A DNA stretch of 64,000 bases from Dimorphilus gyrociliatus (lineage: Eukaryota > Animalia > Annelida), in the NCBI GenBank assembly GCA_904063045.1, contig CAJFCJ010000004.1:1729713-1793712 (forward strand), in the 5' to 3' direction. Under the pieces are notes generated by a model. That model worked only from the letters and a program-made list of their open reading frames with translations. It had not been told where the DNA came from and ran no database searches. Below are positions 51,747 through 64,000 of this stretch, one piece after another (within the stretch, counting starts at the first letter, position 1; the number at the start of each line of letters is the position of its first letter). A program made the position numbers and the translations under genes.

Positions 51747-53763
51747 ATGCTTAACGTATATCGAAAAAATTGTCGAAACCTAAGCTTTCTTGTTAAGAGA
51801 AATTTGACATCATCTTTCATCAAGACTCAACAGTACAGTGTTGAAAATAGAGAAAAGACTTTAGAGAATATAAATTTCAATGATTCAAAAGTTGCTTATA
51901 AAAATAAGACCACTAAACAATTACTAAGAAGTTATATGATTTTTAAATTATGCAGTTTTAATTCAATCATTGAGAAGCAAGGCCAAGTATACAAATTTTA
52001 ATATATTTGTATTTAAATGCAATGCATTATGTATTCTTTTCCCTGCCTAGATTTTAAGAATTCTTAGGAAAATACTTGGTCAAAGAATCTTTAAACAAAT
52101 TATAGAAGCAACCATCTTTAAACAATTTCTACTAATTAAGAATGATGAAGTGTTACGAACTGAAACATTAAACAACTTTAAATATGGTATAAGGCCCTTC
52201 TTTGCTTATACTTGTGCAGAATATCACGGAGATTGTGTTTTGTGAGTTTATCTCTAAATTTACATAAATTATTCATATCTATATTGATGTTTGTACAGAA
52301 ATGAACATATAAATTTCAATAGTTTGTGGGCGAATAACTTTAATAATTTCCTTCATTGTATTAAAACAGCTGAAAGAAATAAGAGTAAGTAAAACTATAT
52401 ATACTTTATGCATATGTACATATATATAATCTTATTTATTCTATTCTATAATTATTAATATTGAGATTTCAATAAAATTATCATATATTTAAACTTTAAG
52501 CTACTCCCGATGCAATTGCCCGAGCTTCTGGAAAATACAGTATGCTTTGCTCAATTGAATTATTGGTTTTTGTTCATTTCTATTCTTTTTCTAATTATCA
52601 ATTTATATCATCAAATAGAATTTTTAAGTTAATTATCTGTATTTATCAGGTTCAACTCAATAAAGTTATAGTTGAGAACGAAGAGTATTTAAGAAAATAC
52701 AATTTAAGCGATGAAGAATTTAATTCAATTATAAATAAAGATAATTTACCTAGAGATCTTGCCAAAACTTTACCATCTCAATCTGTTCATAACGTACTTT
52801 TTCATTTGAAATTGGTACAAGAAATTAATCCACAACTAGCACTTTCTAAAGAGAAATTAGAAGACTTCAATAAATTATGGACAATGCTTTATGATTTAGC
52901 CAGAGAAGCTAAAGAAAGAAACGTATGCTTCGTTCTTGATGCTGAACAAACCTATGTTCAAACAGCTATAGATTATATAACATTAGATTTAATGAGAAAA
53001 TTTAATCAAGAAAAAGGTATTGTTCACAATACCTATCAGTGCTATTTAAAGGTATGGTACCTTAGATGTGTTTGCTAAAAGAGTTGAATTTCTTGTATTT
53101 CATGACAAAATCTTACAGGAAACTGCGAATAAAGTAAGAAAGCATATAAGATTGTCAGAATTAGATGAGTTTATTTTGGGATTTAAAGTTGTTAGAGGAG
53201 CATATATGGAAGAAGAGAGGAGATTGGCAGTGGAAAATAAATATGAAGATCCTGTAAATGAAAATTTTAATAAAACCACAGATATGTACTATGAAGTTGC
53301 GAATGAAGTTCTAAATTACGCTTGTCTAAACGAAGAATGCACAGTTGAATTCGGTACTCATAACTGTGAAGGAGCATTGTATGTTGCAAAAAAGTTTGTT
53401 TCTTTCTTCTTTTAAAAGCTCGTTTTATGCAAGTTACATTAATTAAACAGAATGAAAGAAAAGGGTCTTTCTTTACAAAGTGATAGAATAGTTATTGCCC
53501 AGTTACTTGGAATGAAAGATCATTTAACTTATTGTCTTGGAGACGCTGGAATTCCCGTTGCCAAACTTTATCATTATGGCGAAGTAATAATAGTTATTTT
53601 ATTACATATTTGACAGTGTAAAAGTCGGTCTTTTTAGGTTGAAGATAGCCTCCAATACATGTCCAGAAGATTAAACGAAAATAAAGCTGTTTTACAAGGA
53701 GCTGCTGAGGAGGGAAATCTACTCAAGACTGAAATTAAAAGACGTCTATTGAAAAGAAATTAA
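51747..53763 (+). CDS. PRODH: Proline dehydrogenase family protein, mitochondrial and divergent (multi-exon)
   Basis: FNDSKVAYKNKTT, DAEQTYVQTAID, NTYQCYLK, FKVVRGAYMEEER, GTHN, AQLLGMKD, YMSRRLNEN. Confidence 0.9.
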
Positions 53764-53915
53764 TCAACTAACTTAGCTTGAAAGAATAACTTACACTAGA
53801 TATTAAGATAAATAATCCTGAGATTTTATTTCTTCATTTATTCAACATTTAAGAAATCTTTTATCCAATATTTTGAAACAAATTAACAAATTTTTTCAAT
53901 TGCACAAGAAAATAT

Positions 53916-55378
53916 TTAATAATCGTTATTATGAATTTTTTGCTTGGTTAGCAGTGCTATCTCTTTCGCTATATCAGGTTTAATAAGTTCTTTAACCTGT
54001 AAAGTAGAAGGAACAACTATATAATTGATCGATTGAATACAACATAAGAAAAGTTAATATTCTAATACAAACTTCATATTTTAAGGAAAATTCGTGAGCG
54101 CACAACAGCGTCGTATCATATATCACAACCATATTTTCAGCTAAGGCTGTTGCACAATTCATCAGTCTTGCTATAACTTCTCTAGTAGAAGAATTTACTC
54201 GCTATTGAAATAAATGAAAAAATAAATTAATACGAAAATAAATTCTACAAAAACAGAATTTATTGTACTTCATAATTAGTCACGAAACCTCCTGTTTTGT
54301 CAGACTGCTCATTTATGGTTGGACAGATCCATATATATCCATTATTTCCAATAATAACACTAGCACCGCAAGGTAAATTATGAAAATGATTTTTTCTACG
54401 TCTGACAAGAGAAGCAGGAACTTGAAGAAGACTACCTTGTCCTTAGTTTAAATACATTGATTTATTTCAAGTTGTGGAATGCGTAAAAAAATAAAAATTT
54501 ATAAACCTAATTTTCCATATTTTAAACTTCTTGTATGAAGACTAAGGCTTCCATCAGCATAAACAGATTGAACTTCAGCCTAAAAATATCACTATTATTG
54601 ACAAAGATTAAAAAAAATTGAATTTCATCTTACACTTATCAAATCTCCTTCTTGTAAATAGTTTCTCATCATTCTCTCATCTTCTTCAGACCTTTTACGC
54701 TGAATAAAAGAGTAAAAAATATATAGTTATTGTTGAATCTTGCCTTTCATTTTTAAGAGTTTCTGGTCTATAAAATGCTAAATTTAATTCTTTTAATTTC
54801 TCTGACGTTTATAAAACCCAGTTAAACTCTTTACTACGTTCCTAAAAATCCGCCAGATTACAATATTGTATGCTTTAAAATTTCTTACCAGTTCACCTCC
54901 AGGTAAATTGACTGATGACAAATGCAGAACAGAATCTAACTTTGAGTGAGTTTCGACACGCCAGCGTTTTTGGCCTACTTCAATTATTCGACCAATAACG
55001 ACGTCACCGACTTCGCCCGTGTATCTATCAAAGATAACAGACAGTGATTATATGACTACAGGAAGCTATTAGACGCAAACCTGGATTTCAATGGCTTAAC
55101 ACAAATTAGCTTGTTTACCTTCTCCACACAACCAGCTACTGAGGCATATAAAACGTCATTTTCCATGTAAGTTCCATGACCACTAATTTTGAAAGTTGTC
55201 TAATTATTAAGATCCTATTTACTGCATTGAGAAAAACTAAAATTTCGACTTACCGCATGTAGCCGGCTTCTCTGGTTATAATATCGCCAGGAATTACTAA
55301 ATGAAGGGGTCTTTCGGCCGAAAAATCAGTGCTCTCGTGCTGTAGTTTTTCATTCGATAACCTTATATCGATCGACAT
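53916..55378 (-). CDS. EXOSC2: Exosome complex component RRP4 (multi-exon)
   Basis: LVIPGDIITREAGYMR|GHGTY, PLKSR|YTGEVGDVVIGRIIEVGQKRWRVETHS, SVNLPGGEL. Confidence 0.95.
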
Positions 55379-55711
55379 TGTATTACCTGAATGATTGAAA
55401 CTATCTATGGCGCAAAAACCCAAATCACACCACTCGTAGAACTTAATTTTTTCGTATTTAGTTTTTATCGTATTCAATTTTTATTTTCAAATAAAGTCTT
55501 AGCTAATTAAAGAGAAATTTTCTAGTAATAAAAGTAACATTTTATGTTATACGAAAATAACGACTATTGCAACATCCGGTTAAAAATGTCCTCTTAAGTT
55601 ATGTAAAGGAAGATATAAACTAAATAATACTTTCTTTACTCAAAAATCAAGTTATTGTGCAATAGATTATATAATTAAAATTAATTTTATAAAATTTCGT
55701 CAAACTTAAGG
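55379..55711. promoter_or_regulatory. Bidirectional promoter (EXOSC2 / NAA30)
   Basis: Head-to-head start codons only 333 nt apart. Confidence 0.7.
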
Positions 55712-56777
55712 ATGAGCACGGCTGTTCAAGAGTCAGAAGATGTCATTATTCCGAATGGCGTAGAGTACACCGAAAGAAGTGAATTTTTTCTGTTTATTTT
55801 AAATAAATAAAGGGACAATTCTCTTTAGATTCTAATAAAAAATTCAAAAAGTTTAAGCCTCTAACTAATTTTTGTTCTATAGAAATTGGTGAGTTGAATG
55901 ATTACATTATTCCACAAGAACCGGGCAACTCAAATGAAGGTATGCAAAATTTTTAACTTAAGTTTTTACTTAGATTATTGAATTAATGCAAAATAACGTT
56001 TGTAGAAAATATGATCAAAAACGTTTATGAATCTGAACATGATTTAGATGACGAAAGAGAAGATTTAAAAACAGAAACAATAGAGTCAAAATTAAAAAAG
56101 CTAGAAATAGATGGCGATACTGAAAAGAGAATAAGATTGAAAAATTATGAAAATGAAAAAGATATGCCTGAAATAATGCGATTAATTACTAAGGATTTAT
56201 CAGAACCCTATTCTATTTATACGTATCGTTATTTTATTCATAATTGGCCGAATTTATGCTTTTTGGTTTGTATTATTGACTTGAACAAATTCAAAACATT
56301 TATCATATTTTTTCTTCATAGGCTTTTGATGAAGATAAATGTATAGGAGCTATTGTATGCAAATTAGATTGGCATAAGAAAATTGTGCATCGTGGTTATA
56401 TTGCTATGTTGGCTGTTGATGAAGATTATCGTAGGCGCAAAATAGGTAAATGTACTATTTGGATTGAAAAAGCTATTAAATCTTATCAATATGTTGTTAA
56501 ATTAGGCGATAAAGCTTAGCCTAAATAAACAACCAAACGAAATTAACAAGAAGTTAAACTTATAAATGTTTTCCCAAATGTAGGTTCGAGATTAGTCATC
56601 CGAGCAATACAAGCTATGGTATTGAAGGGTGCAGATGAAATAGTTTTGGAAACGGAAGTTACAAACAAATCAGCGTTAAATTTATATGAAAATCTAGGTT
56701 TTGTTCGCGACAAACGCCTCTTTCGCTACTATTTAAATGGTATTGATGCCCTAAGGTTGAAGCTGTGGATTAGATAA
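55712..56777 (+). CDS. NAA30: N-alpha-acetyltransferase 30 (NatC catalytic subunit)
   Basis: [90 protein letters not shown]. Confidence 0.95.
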
Positions 56778-58997
56778 TGAAAAACTGCCTTAAAAAATTA
56801 AATAGAAAAAGATTGGCGTACAAGTTTGTTGCAGTTTCATTTGATTGTTATGCAAAGCTGTTTGTGAAATTTAGTAAATAGTAGATGAAATTATAATGAA
56901 ATGACAGCAATATCTTTTTTAAGTGTTAAGATTACAAAAGTTTTGAAAGTACTTTTTCGTTCTTCCCTCGTTATTTAAATAAGAAAAAAAAACAAAATCT
57001 GATGGGTAGACATAAGTAAACTTGTTACTTGTTTCTTATAATACTGTTTATTAGAAAAAGGAAAAAAACGAAAGAAAAGTGTCTACTTTCTATATGAAAT
57101 GTATGTTTTTATACCTTTTCCATTAACTTTTACAGTTCGTGCTATAATAACTTTGATTTGCCAAAAAACACGAAAGAATTTTGAAACAAGCTGATATTAA
57201 CTTTAATTAAAATTCTAAATATAATGCTGTTTGTATGATCAAGAGAAAACCATAAACTTGTACCATTTTTCAAAATTTTCAATACAAATTATTACTCTAT
57301 GGTTATTCAATTATTGTTCAAAAAGTAACATATTTCCCATGAAATATAATTGTATAATAGGCAGATATCGAGTGCAGCAGAAAGCTGTGCCAAATAAACA
57401 AGTCCGGATAGCTAACTTGTCTGTCCACCTTCCGGATATTACAGAAATATATTTTGCAATAATGCATCTATTATAATTATCTGGTAAATAGAGGTACTCA
57501 ATTATTTACTAAATCTCTCTCATTTTGAAGAATATCCCCTTATCAAATGTACAAACTTGCTTGTTTATATTCTGTTTATATATTTATTGCTATTATTACA
57601 TAACTTCAATGGCATTTGGCATAGGCTTATGATGACATATTGACAAGAATTGAATGAATTCAACATAGAAGATCCTGATTTAGCAATGGAATAATATTTT
57701 TCTGGTATGTAATTTAGTTTTATTATGTAATAAAATGAATGTTTTTGGTAAACTTAGCTTATGTTGGCATTCTACAATAGAATTTTACTCAGTCAGTAAA
57801 CATCTGAATATTTTAACAAAGTACATTAAATTAATGAAGTAGTTAATAAATGCACTATGCCCTATTTCTACCTATTTATAACATCTTTTATATGATGCAT
57901 TTAAAATAATAACAATGAGCTTTCAATCTAAATACACAGATTAGGTAAGTATTATGTAAACAGTAAATAAAGCTTTGTTAAATGAATTAGATATAAAAAT
58001 GGATTTTAGTGTACACGGTATATAAAAGCTGTAAAATTTTGCTGTGTTATGACTCATATTTATATCGTAAATGTAATTGTACTTACTGCAACACTTTCAA
58101 AATATAGGTCGTAAATTATTAAAGATCTACAGCTATAATTTATTCATTTAATAAAAAGTTTTAAGTTGTTTACTAAATAATTTTTACAATGATTTATTGT
58201 ATTCTAAAAAATATTAAAAGCTTTTGAAGGCGATATATAGATAGCTTTAACCATTTGAGGCCGATCCCTATCGATAGGACAACTATTTGTTATCAATTGA
58301 TATCTATATTTTCTTTATAATTGAATTAATGTCTACTAAGTCTTTATTAAAAAGTCCCTTTAGCAATATTCTGTAGCAATTATTAGGATTACATCGTTGG
58401 AAGAGGAATATTACACAACACTTGAGACATGGAATATTGCGCAACGTTTGAAAATATAGATGTCGCTCCGCTTGGCATAGCTATTATTCTTATATAAATA
58501 TATAAGAAACGCTTCTTTTCCATTCTTATCTCAACAAAATAAGCAATCTCTTCGAATAGTTCAACGTCATCAAGCTATTTTAAAAATTTTCAGCTATATT
58601 CAATTTGATAAGATTTTAACTTCTTTTTTTATTACTAAATTTAACTTTAGTTATTAAATTGTAATAATCTAATATTAGGTAATGCTTTTTATTTTAATCA
58701 GGCTAGAATCTGAAAACGGAACATGCATATTTTTTGACTATATAAAGAGCAAATATATACGGAATGAATTGTTTGTAGAATTAACCTCATTAATTAACCA
58801 TTTCACTTTGCATATAGTAATTCATACGATTTTTTTTTACTCTAAAATAACACAGGCAAAATTTTTATGATTATTTCGTCGCAACGGCGCTTCAATCAAG
58901 CTCCACTCGAAAAATCGAACTTTGTCTAGAGATAAAAAGAAGAAGCTTGTTATCTGTGATTTAGTAGGCAGGAGTAATTAATTACCGCTCAGAAATT

Positions 58998-59299
58998 ATG
59001 GGATCATCTTCAATGCCGGCCAGCAGTTTACCCACCCCACCAGACGGCGGGTGGGGATGGGTAGTGGTATTTTCCAGGTTGGTATTTAAGTCTATTCATC
59101 CTCGAAAAATAGCTTGTTGTAGTTGTAACAATTAACGGCGAACAAAATCCACGTTAGCACGTTTTTTCTTTAATCTATGCTGATTTTTACTGTTGTTTTC
59201 TTTACTCTGTAATAAAAATATTTTCCTTGAATATGAACTAAAAAGATGTACTTTCACGCTATATTTTTTAATTTTTGTTGAATTGATAGATAAGAGAAG

Positions 59300-59337
<38 letters not shown>

Positions 59338-62300
59338 CGTCCTTATGTTTAAATAATAAGTGAATAGTCTTTATACAATCTTTTGATAACCTTTTTTTTA
59401 TGAATGAACTATTTGATTTTATGATCTCTTTAGTCAAACCTTGTAGAATGTTACATAAGATCATATGTTAAATTAATCACATAGAATTTTTAAAATTATT
59501 TGAGAATTGTCGTGTTCTGTTAATTTAAAGAAAATTCTATCTTTAAAATTATGCTGTTTTCTCTAGTTTCCTTCTCCACATTATTGCTGATGGCATAAGT
59601 TATTCTTTTGGGATCTTTCTCCGCCCCTTTATCGACACTTTTGACAGTGGCAGAGCTCAGACGTCTATGGTCCAATCTTTAATGATTGGATCGACACTTT
59701 GTGCTGGTCCTATTGCCAGTGTCTTGACCAATCGATATGGCTGCAGAGCGGTTACGATTGGTGGTTCTTTATTAGCTGCTACTGCTTTTATTATTAGTGC
59801 TTGGGCCCCTAATCTCATCTTTCTTTATATAAGCCTGGGTGTTGTATCCGGTATAGGGTTAGGTCTCATGTACCTCCCTGCAATCGTTTCTGTGACATTT
59901 TATTTTGAAAAGAAAAGGTCATTTGCAACTGGTTTAGCTGTTTGTGGATCAGGTGTTGGAACATTTGCTATTGCTCCACTCACGGAAGTATTATTACAGG
60001 AGTATGGCTGGAGAGGAGCTATTCTCTTGCAAGCAGGTCTAATTCTTAATTGCTGTATATGTGGAGCTCTCTTTAGACCTTTAGAAGAAGAAAAAATTGA
60101 AGAAGAGGAAGAAGTTTCAAAAGAAATAGAACCGATTTCTGCACCAGCAAAGGAGCATATAAATATTAAAATGACGAGAAAAGATGCTTTTTATAGTGCT
60201 TCTCTCGAAAATATTCCCATGTATAAATCAGATCCAGCTCTATATAAAGCAAGCATAGCTTCTATACCTAGGGAGGGCAAGTATCTATTTTTCCTTATAA
60301 AGTATCAGTTAAAACTCAACTGTAACTAGCTTAATACATGAGGTATCGTAGTTACAATCTCAATACGTAATCATTAAAGATAATTAACCTAAATCAAACA
60401 AGGCTATCAATTTGAACAACCAAAGAATATACTTTTTAAAGCCACATCCAATTTTAAACCATGTGCTACTTAGATTGAAAGAAACTGATGCAAATATACG
60501 CCCTCGCTGCTCATTTAAACTCTATTACAGTATGATAATTCTAATTTTTAACCCAGTTTTTGTGATAGATAATAGAAATATAGATACTATTTTGTAGACT
60601 ACCCTATTCCGATTATCCTTAATCCTTTCAAGATCTTTCGGAGAAAAAATTATAATTTTAAATAATCCTCTAATTTAATCAGGGAAAACTAATTATTTTT
60701 TAGAAAAGGATGAATAAAGGAATTTTCTTCTTTAAAAATAGATTAGTTTGTTTGCTAAATTTTAGCATGCATAGCACTTTTTCTTTATTTGTCCTAGTTG
60801 CTGTTTTGCTTTCTAATATTTCTAATTTAAATATGAGAAAGAGAGAAAGAGACAGATAACTAGACAGACAGAGAGTTAGGAAGTTTATTGAAATAGATAG
60901 AATTCTCTAACTAGTTAAATCTGAAGGAATAAATTTTAATCTGTGTTCATATAAAGCAAAACTATTTACAAGATAAATTTCACCTTTAGATGACCTAAGG
61001 CAAAAGTTGATAGGGAGTACCGCAGAGCAATTTCAACATCTGATCGCTATTTACCTGATTTTAGCCTATTGGCGATTGAATTGTTGTTTAAGAACAAAAG
61101 AAAGCTAGAGGCGAATTAACTTTTAGGTTAAGCACTGAAAAGGTCAGAAAACTAGTCTTAAAGATGGCAGCTGGGCGAACTTTCAATTTTTCGTTAAAAT
61201 ATAACTTTATCATATTTAACACAAAGAAAATATTAACGTAAAGATTAAGAATATCTTTCTGAACGATTAAAAACATTTTTAACATAGGAAATTAATAAGT
61301 AATGGAAGAGATAAAGTTGCTATCAGTTCAATAATTGAAGATGATAACTGAGGTGAAATTTTACAACGGACTAGTTATAACAACGTTAAAAAAAATAGAA
61401 AATTTAAAAAGAAGAATTTCTTGTCGGGTAAATAAATGAGGATAGGAAAGAGAGAGGATTGAGAGCAAGCGAGACAGAGACATAGAGACTGAGAGAGAGA
61501 AAGACAGACAGTTAGAGAGGGCGAGAAGTTATCAAGGACAAATGATAAAAGATATGAATTATAACACGAGTTACTTTTTGTTGTTGTTCCCAATATAAAC
61601 TCATTTCACGAAGGTGCATACACGTGGCTAAAATTAAATCGCGGCACACTTTTTCTATTAACCATATCTATATTATACTTTAACGAATCTGATCAGATTA
61701 ATAGTACTTATACTATAGTAGCGTAAAAATTTAACTGCTTTTTTATAACATTATTACTCCAACAGATTATGAAGAGCCAAGTAAACCATGCTCGGAAATT
61801 AAGAACATGATGGATTTTACCCTCTTCCTTAACCCGTTTTTCGTTATGTTCGCTGTATCGAATTTTTTCACTTCAATTGGGTTCTATGTCCCTTACGCCT
61901 ATCTTAAAGACAGAGCTGTTTTGGAGGGTCATAGTGATGCTAAAGCAACACTACTGTTATCTATTGTTGGTGTTGCAAATACAGTTGGAAGAGTTGTTTT
62001 CGGTTTTCTTAGTGATCGTAAATTCATAAATCGTCTAATGCTGTACAATACAGCCCTCTTTATATGCGGAATAGCCACAGCTTTCTCAACAATCTCATCC
62101 GCATATCCTTTCTTAGTTACCTATGCTGTTTTTTTTGGAGTTTTAGTTGGGGTTTATGTATCCCTAACTTCTGTTGTTATTGTCGATCTTCTTGGTCTGG
62201 ACAAGCTTAGTGATGCTTTTGGATTAATATTACTATTTCAAGGAGTTGCAACTGTTGCTGGTCCTCCAATTGCTGGATCGATATACGACAAAACTAAATC

Positions 62301-62493
62301 TTATGTTGGACCTTTCGCTCTAACAGGTGCTATGATAGGAGTATCTGGCTTTATGCTTTATGCTGTTCCGTTTGTAAGGAGGTATATTGACAAGAAAGAA
62401 GGCGTAAACGCCAGAGATGTTATGATGGGTATGAGAGTTAGCTCTGACGCCAAGATCGACGGTAACGATGAAGAACAAGAAAAATGCGTATAA
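58998..62493 (+). CDS. SLC16: Monocarboxylate transporter, SLC16 family (SLC16A12/14-like). Exons 58998-59077, 59567-60276, 61766-62493.
   Basis: PPDGGWGWVVVFSS|FLLHIIADGISYSFG, GPIASVLTNRYGCR, YFEKKRSFATGLAVCGSGVG, GRVVFGFLSD, DLLGLDKLSDAFG. Confidence 0.95.
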
Positions 62494-63443
62494 CGTCAGT
62501 ATTAGCATATCTACATTTTCCTATTACAAATCTTCATCTTTTAATATTGCAACCTATTTATCAATCTACATGTATACATATTACATGTTTGTAAAATGTA
62601 TCTACTTGTATAAAGGATGGAAAGAAGAAGGGTTTTTTTTCCAAATCGATTAAACAACTTAGATTCTCAAATTAAATGCCTATCTAATCAACTCGTATTG
62701 TAACATTTATAGAAATAATAAAGTTAAAATATAAAGGAAATAAAACAAATATTTTCATTAAAATATGATTATTATTAATCATTTTTATATCTTTATCATC
62801 TTTCTTAAATCTTCTCTCTGTCTTTTTCTTTCAACCTATTTTTCTTTTTGTAGTAAAAGTACTGAAAATAATAAAAAAACACTCGAAATGTTTATTTTTA
62901 TATTAATTATGCTATTTCTCTTAATATCTATTGTTTATTGACAATTATTTTACTTTATTCCCAAAAATAACGTTAATTAATTGTAGTTTAAAGAAAAAAG
63001 TTAAATTTTTAACATTCCTTTAGTACCTCTATGCTTCAAGTTGTTCTTAAAATAAATTCAACAACAATCAGAATTGGCTCTATGTTAATGCTCTTAATTA
63101 TTTTGTAGCCATTCGTTTAATGCACAAACTTAGAAAATTAACTGTTTTCTTTTGTTTTTTATAAATTATCTAAAAATAACCCGAGAAGATAGCAGGGATA
63201 TTTTTACAAATTTAATTTTAAATGGAAGTATAGAAGTTCTATTTGAAATATACTTGTTTTCAATTGATTTCAATACAGCTGACTATTTAACGACAATGAG
63301 GAGTCGATTGATTTCGTACCTATTGCCATATTGTTTATATACTATGAAGATACGAAGATAATAGCGTAATAGCAGACGACAAAAATTTAAACTTTCTATA
63401 CCTAGTTTAAAGGAGACTTCTAGCTTTTCTCCTGGAGAAAACT

Positions 63444-64000
63444 ATGAATAAACGAGAGTTAGTTTTATATAGAAGCGATTATATATATATACTATTAATT
63501 CGAAAGATGAACAAATTTCTTACTTTGGATTTAAACTTGATACATAGAAGTCGACTTTGTTTATACTTGAATAGTTTTTTTTTAGATTTCAGTTAATTAA
63601 AGGAAAGAATTAATCAATAATCAGACAAATCGTTTACAAAAATTACGAATATATATATATTCGATCTATAAAAATAAAATAATCTCTTATATAATGTATT
63701 AAGCGTTTTAGCGAGCGAGAGGGAGTATTGAAGTATTACTTAAAGCTTAAAGGTTTTGTCAACACTACTCTGCATTTAAATAAACTATTGATTCAGTTTC
63801 TAATTAATATGTATACAGCATATATATATATATATATATATTTTCGTAAGAAAAACGCAAAGAAAATCAGCTTTATACTATTCATTCCTACAGATGGTAT
63901 CACGGTAACATTGAGGAAGATGAGGCGGAAAAACTGCTATTAAATGAAGGCTCAGATGGATCTTTTTTATGCGCCAGAAATAAATCATTAATCACCTATC
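63444..64000 (+). CDS. 5' part of an SH2-domain protein, possibly SHP2/PTPN11-like; truncated by the window end. Exons 63444-63457 and 63894 onward.
   Basis: A 14-nt coding first exon (ATGAATAAACGAGA|GTTAGT) splices in phase 2 to WYHGNIEEDEAEKLLLNEGSDGSFL. This resembles the short first exon and N-SH2 start of SHP-family phosphatases. Confidence 0.7.

Noticed and set aside
52501-52566. Apparent loss of the PRODH catalytic lysine
   Set aside because: Re-alignment (KYSMLCSIELL|VQL versus KLTALGRPQFL|LQF) shows the Lys is conserved.
58267-58278. Palindrome CCTATCGATAGG containing a DRE-like TATCGATA
   Set aside because: Single occurrence, about 700 nt from the nearest start; not distinguishable from chance.
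57230-58600. Several 50-60 codon open frames between NAA30 and SLC16
   Set aside because: I could not assemble a phase-consistent spliced gene or recognise a domain. It may be a degenerate relic; RNA-seq is needed.
59030-59062. Strong hairpin, G-run and CTCF-like CCACCAGACGGCG
   Set aside because: Fully explained by codons for the conserved PTPPDGGWGW motif of the SLC16 first exon.
1-64000. tRNA, rRNA, CRISPR arrays, transposase or RT ORFs
   Set aside because: None recognised by eye; tRNAscan-SE, Infernal and RepeatModeler were not run.

Overview
Eukaryotic (metazoan) genomic DNA, very AT-rich and gene-dense, with many 45-90 nt GT-AG introns. The gene set and compactness suggest a compact invertebrate, possibly lophotrochozoan, genome; this is inference. 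By hand-splicing I find about 19 genes. In order: two Cys-module secreted/GPI-type genes (44-1594, -); a tandem Lmx1 pair and a tandem PRDM14 pair (4.3-21.1 kb, all +); an unknown gene; a small basic ORF gene; RalGDS; a spliced peptide-precursor-like gene missed by the ORF track (32208-32807); ACADM; a C2H2 zinc-finger gene with a duplicated unrecognised domain; FATP; LRRC43; a divergent PRODH; EXOSC2; NAA30; an SLC16/MCT transporter; and the start of an SH2 gene. No tRNA, rRNA, CRISPR array or clear mobile element was recognised. The most promising novelties are the cryptic peptide precursor, the Cys-module family, the duplicated domain in the zinc-finger protein, the doubly duplicated neural TF block with reciprocal intron loss, and an over-represented CTCF/YY1-like motif. 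All exon models are manual and not checked against RNA.
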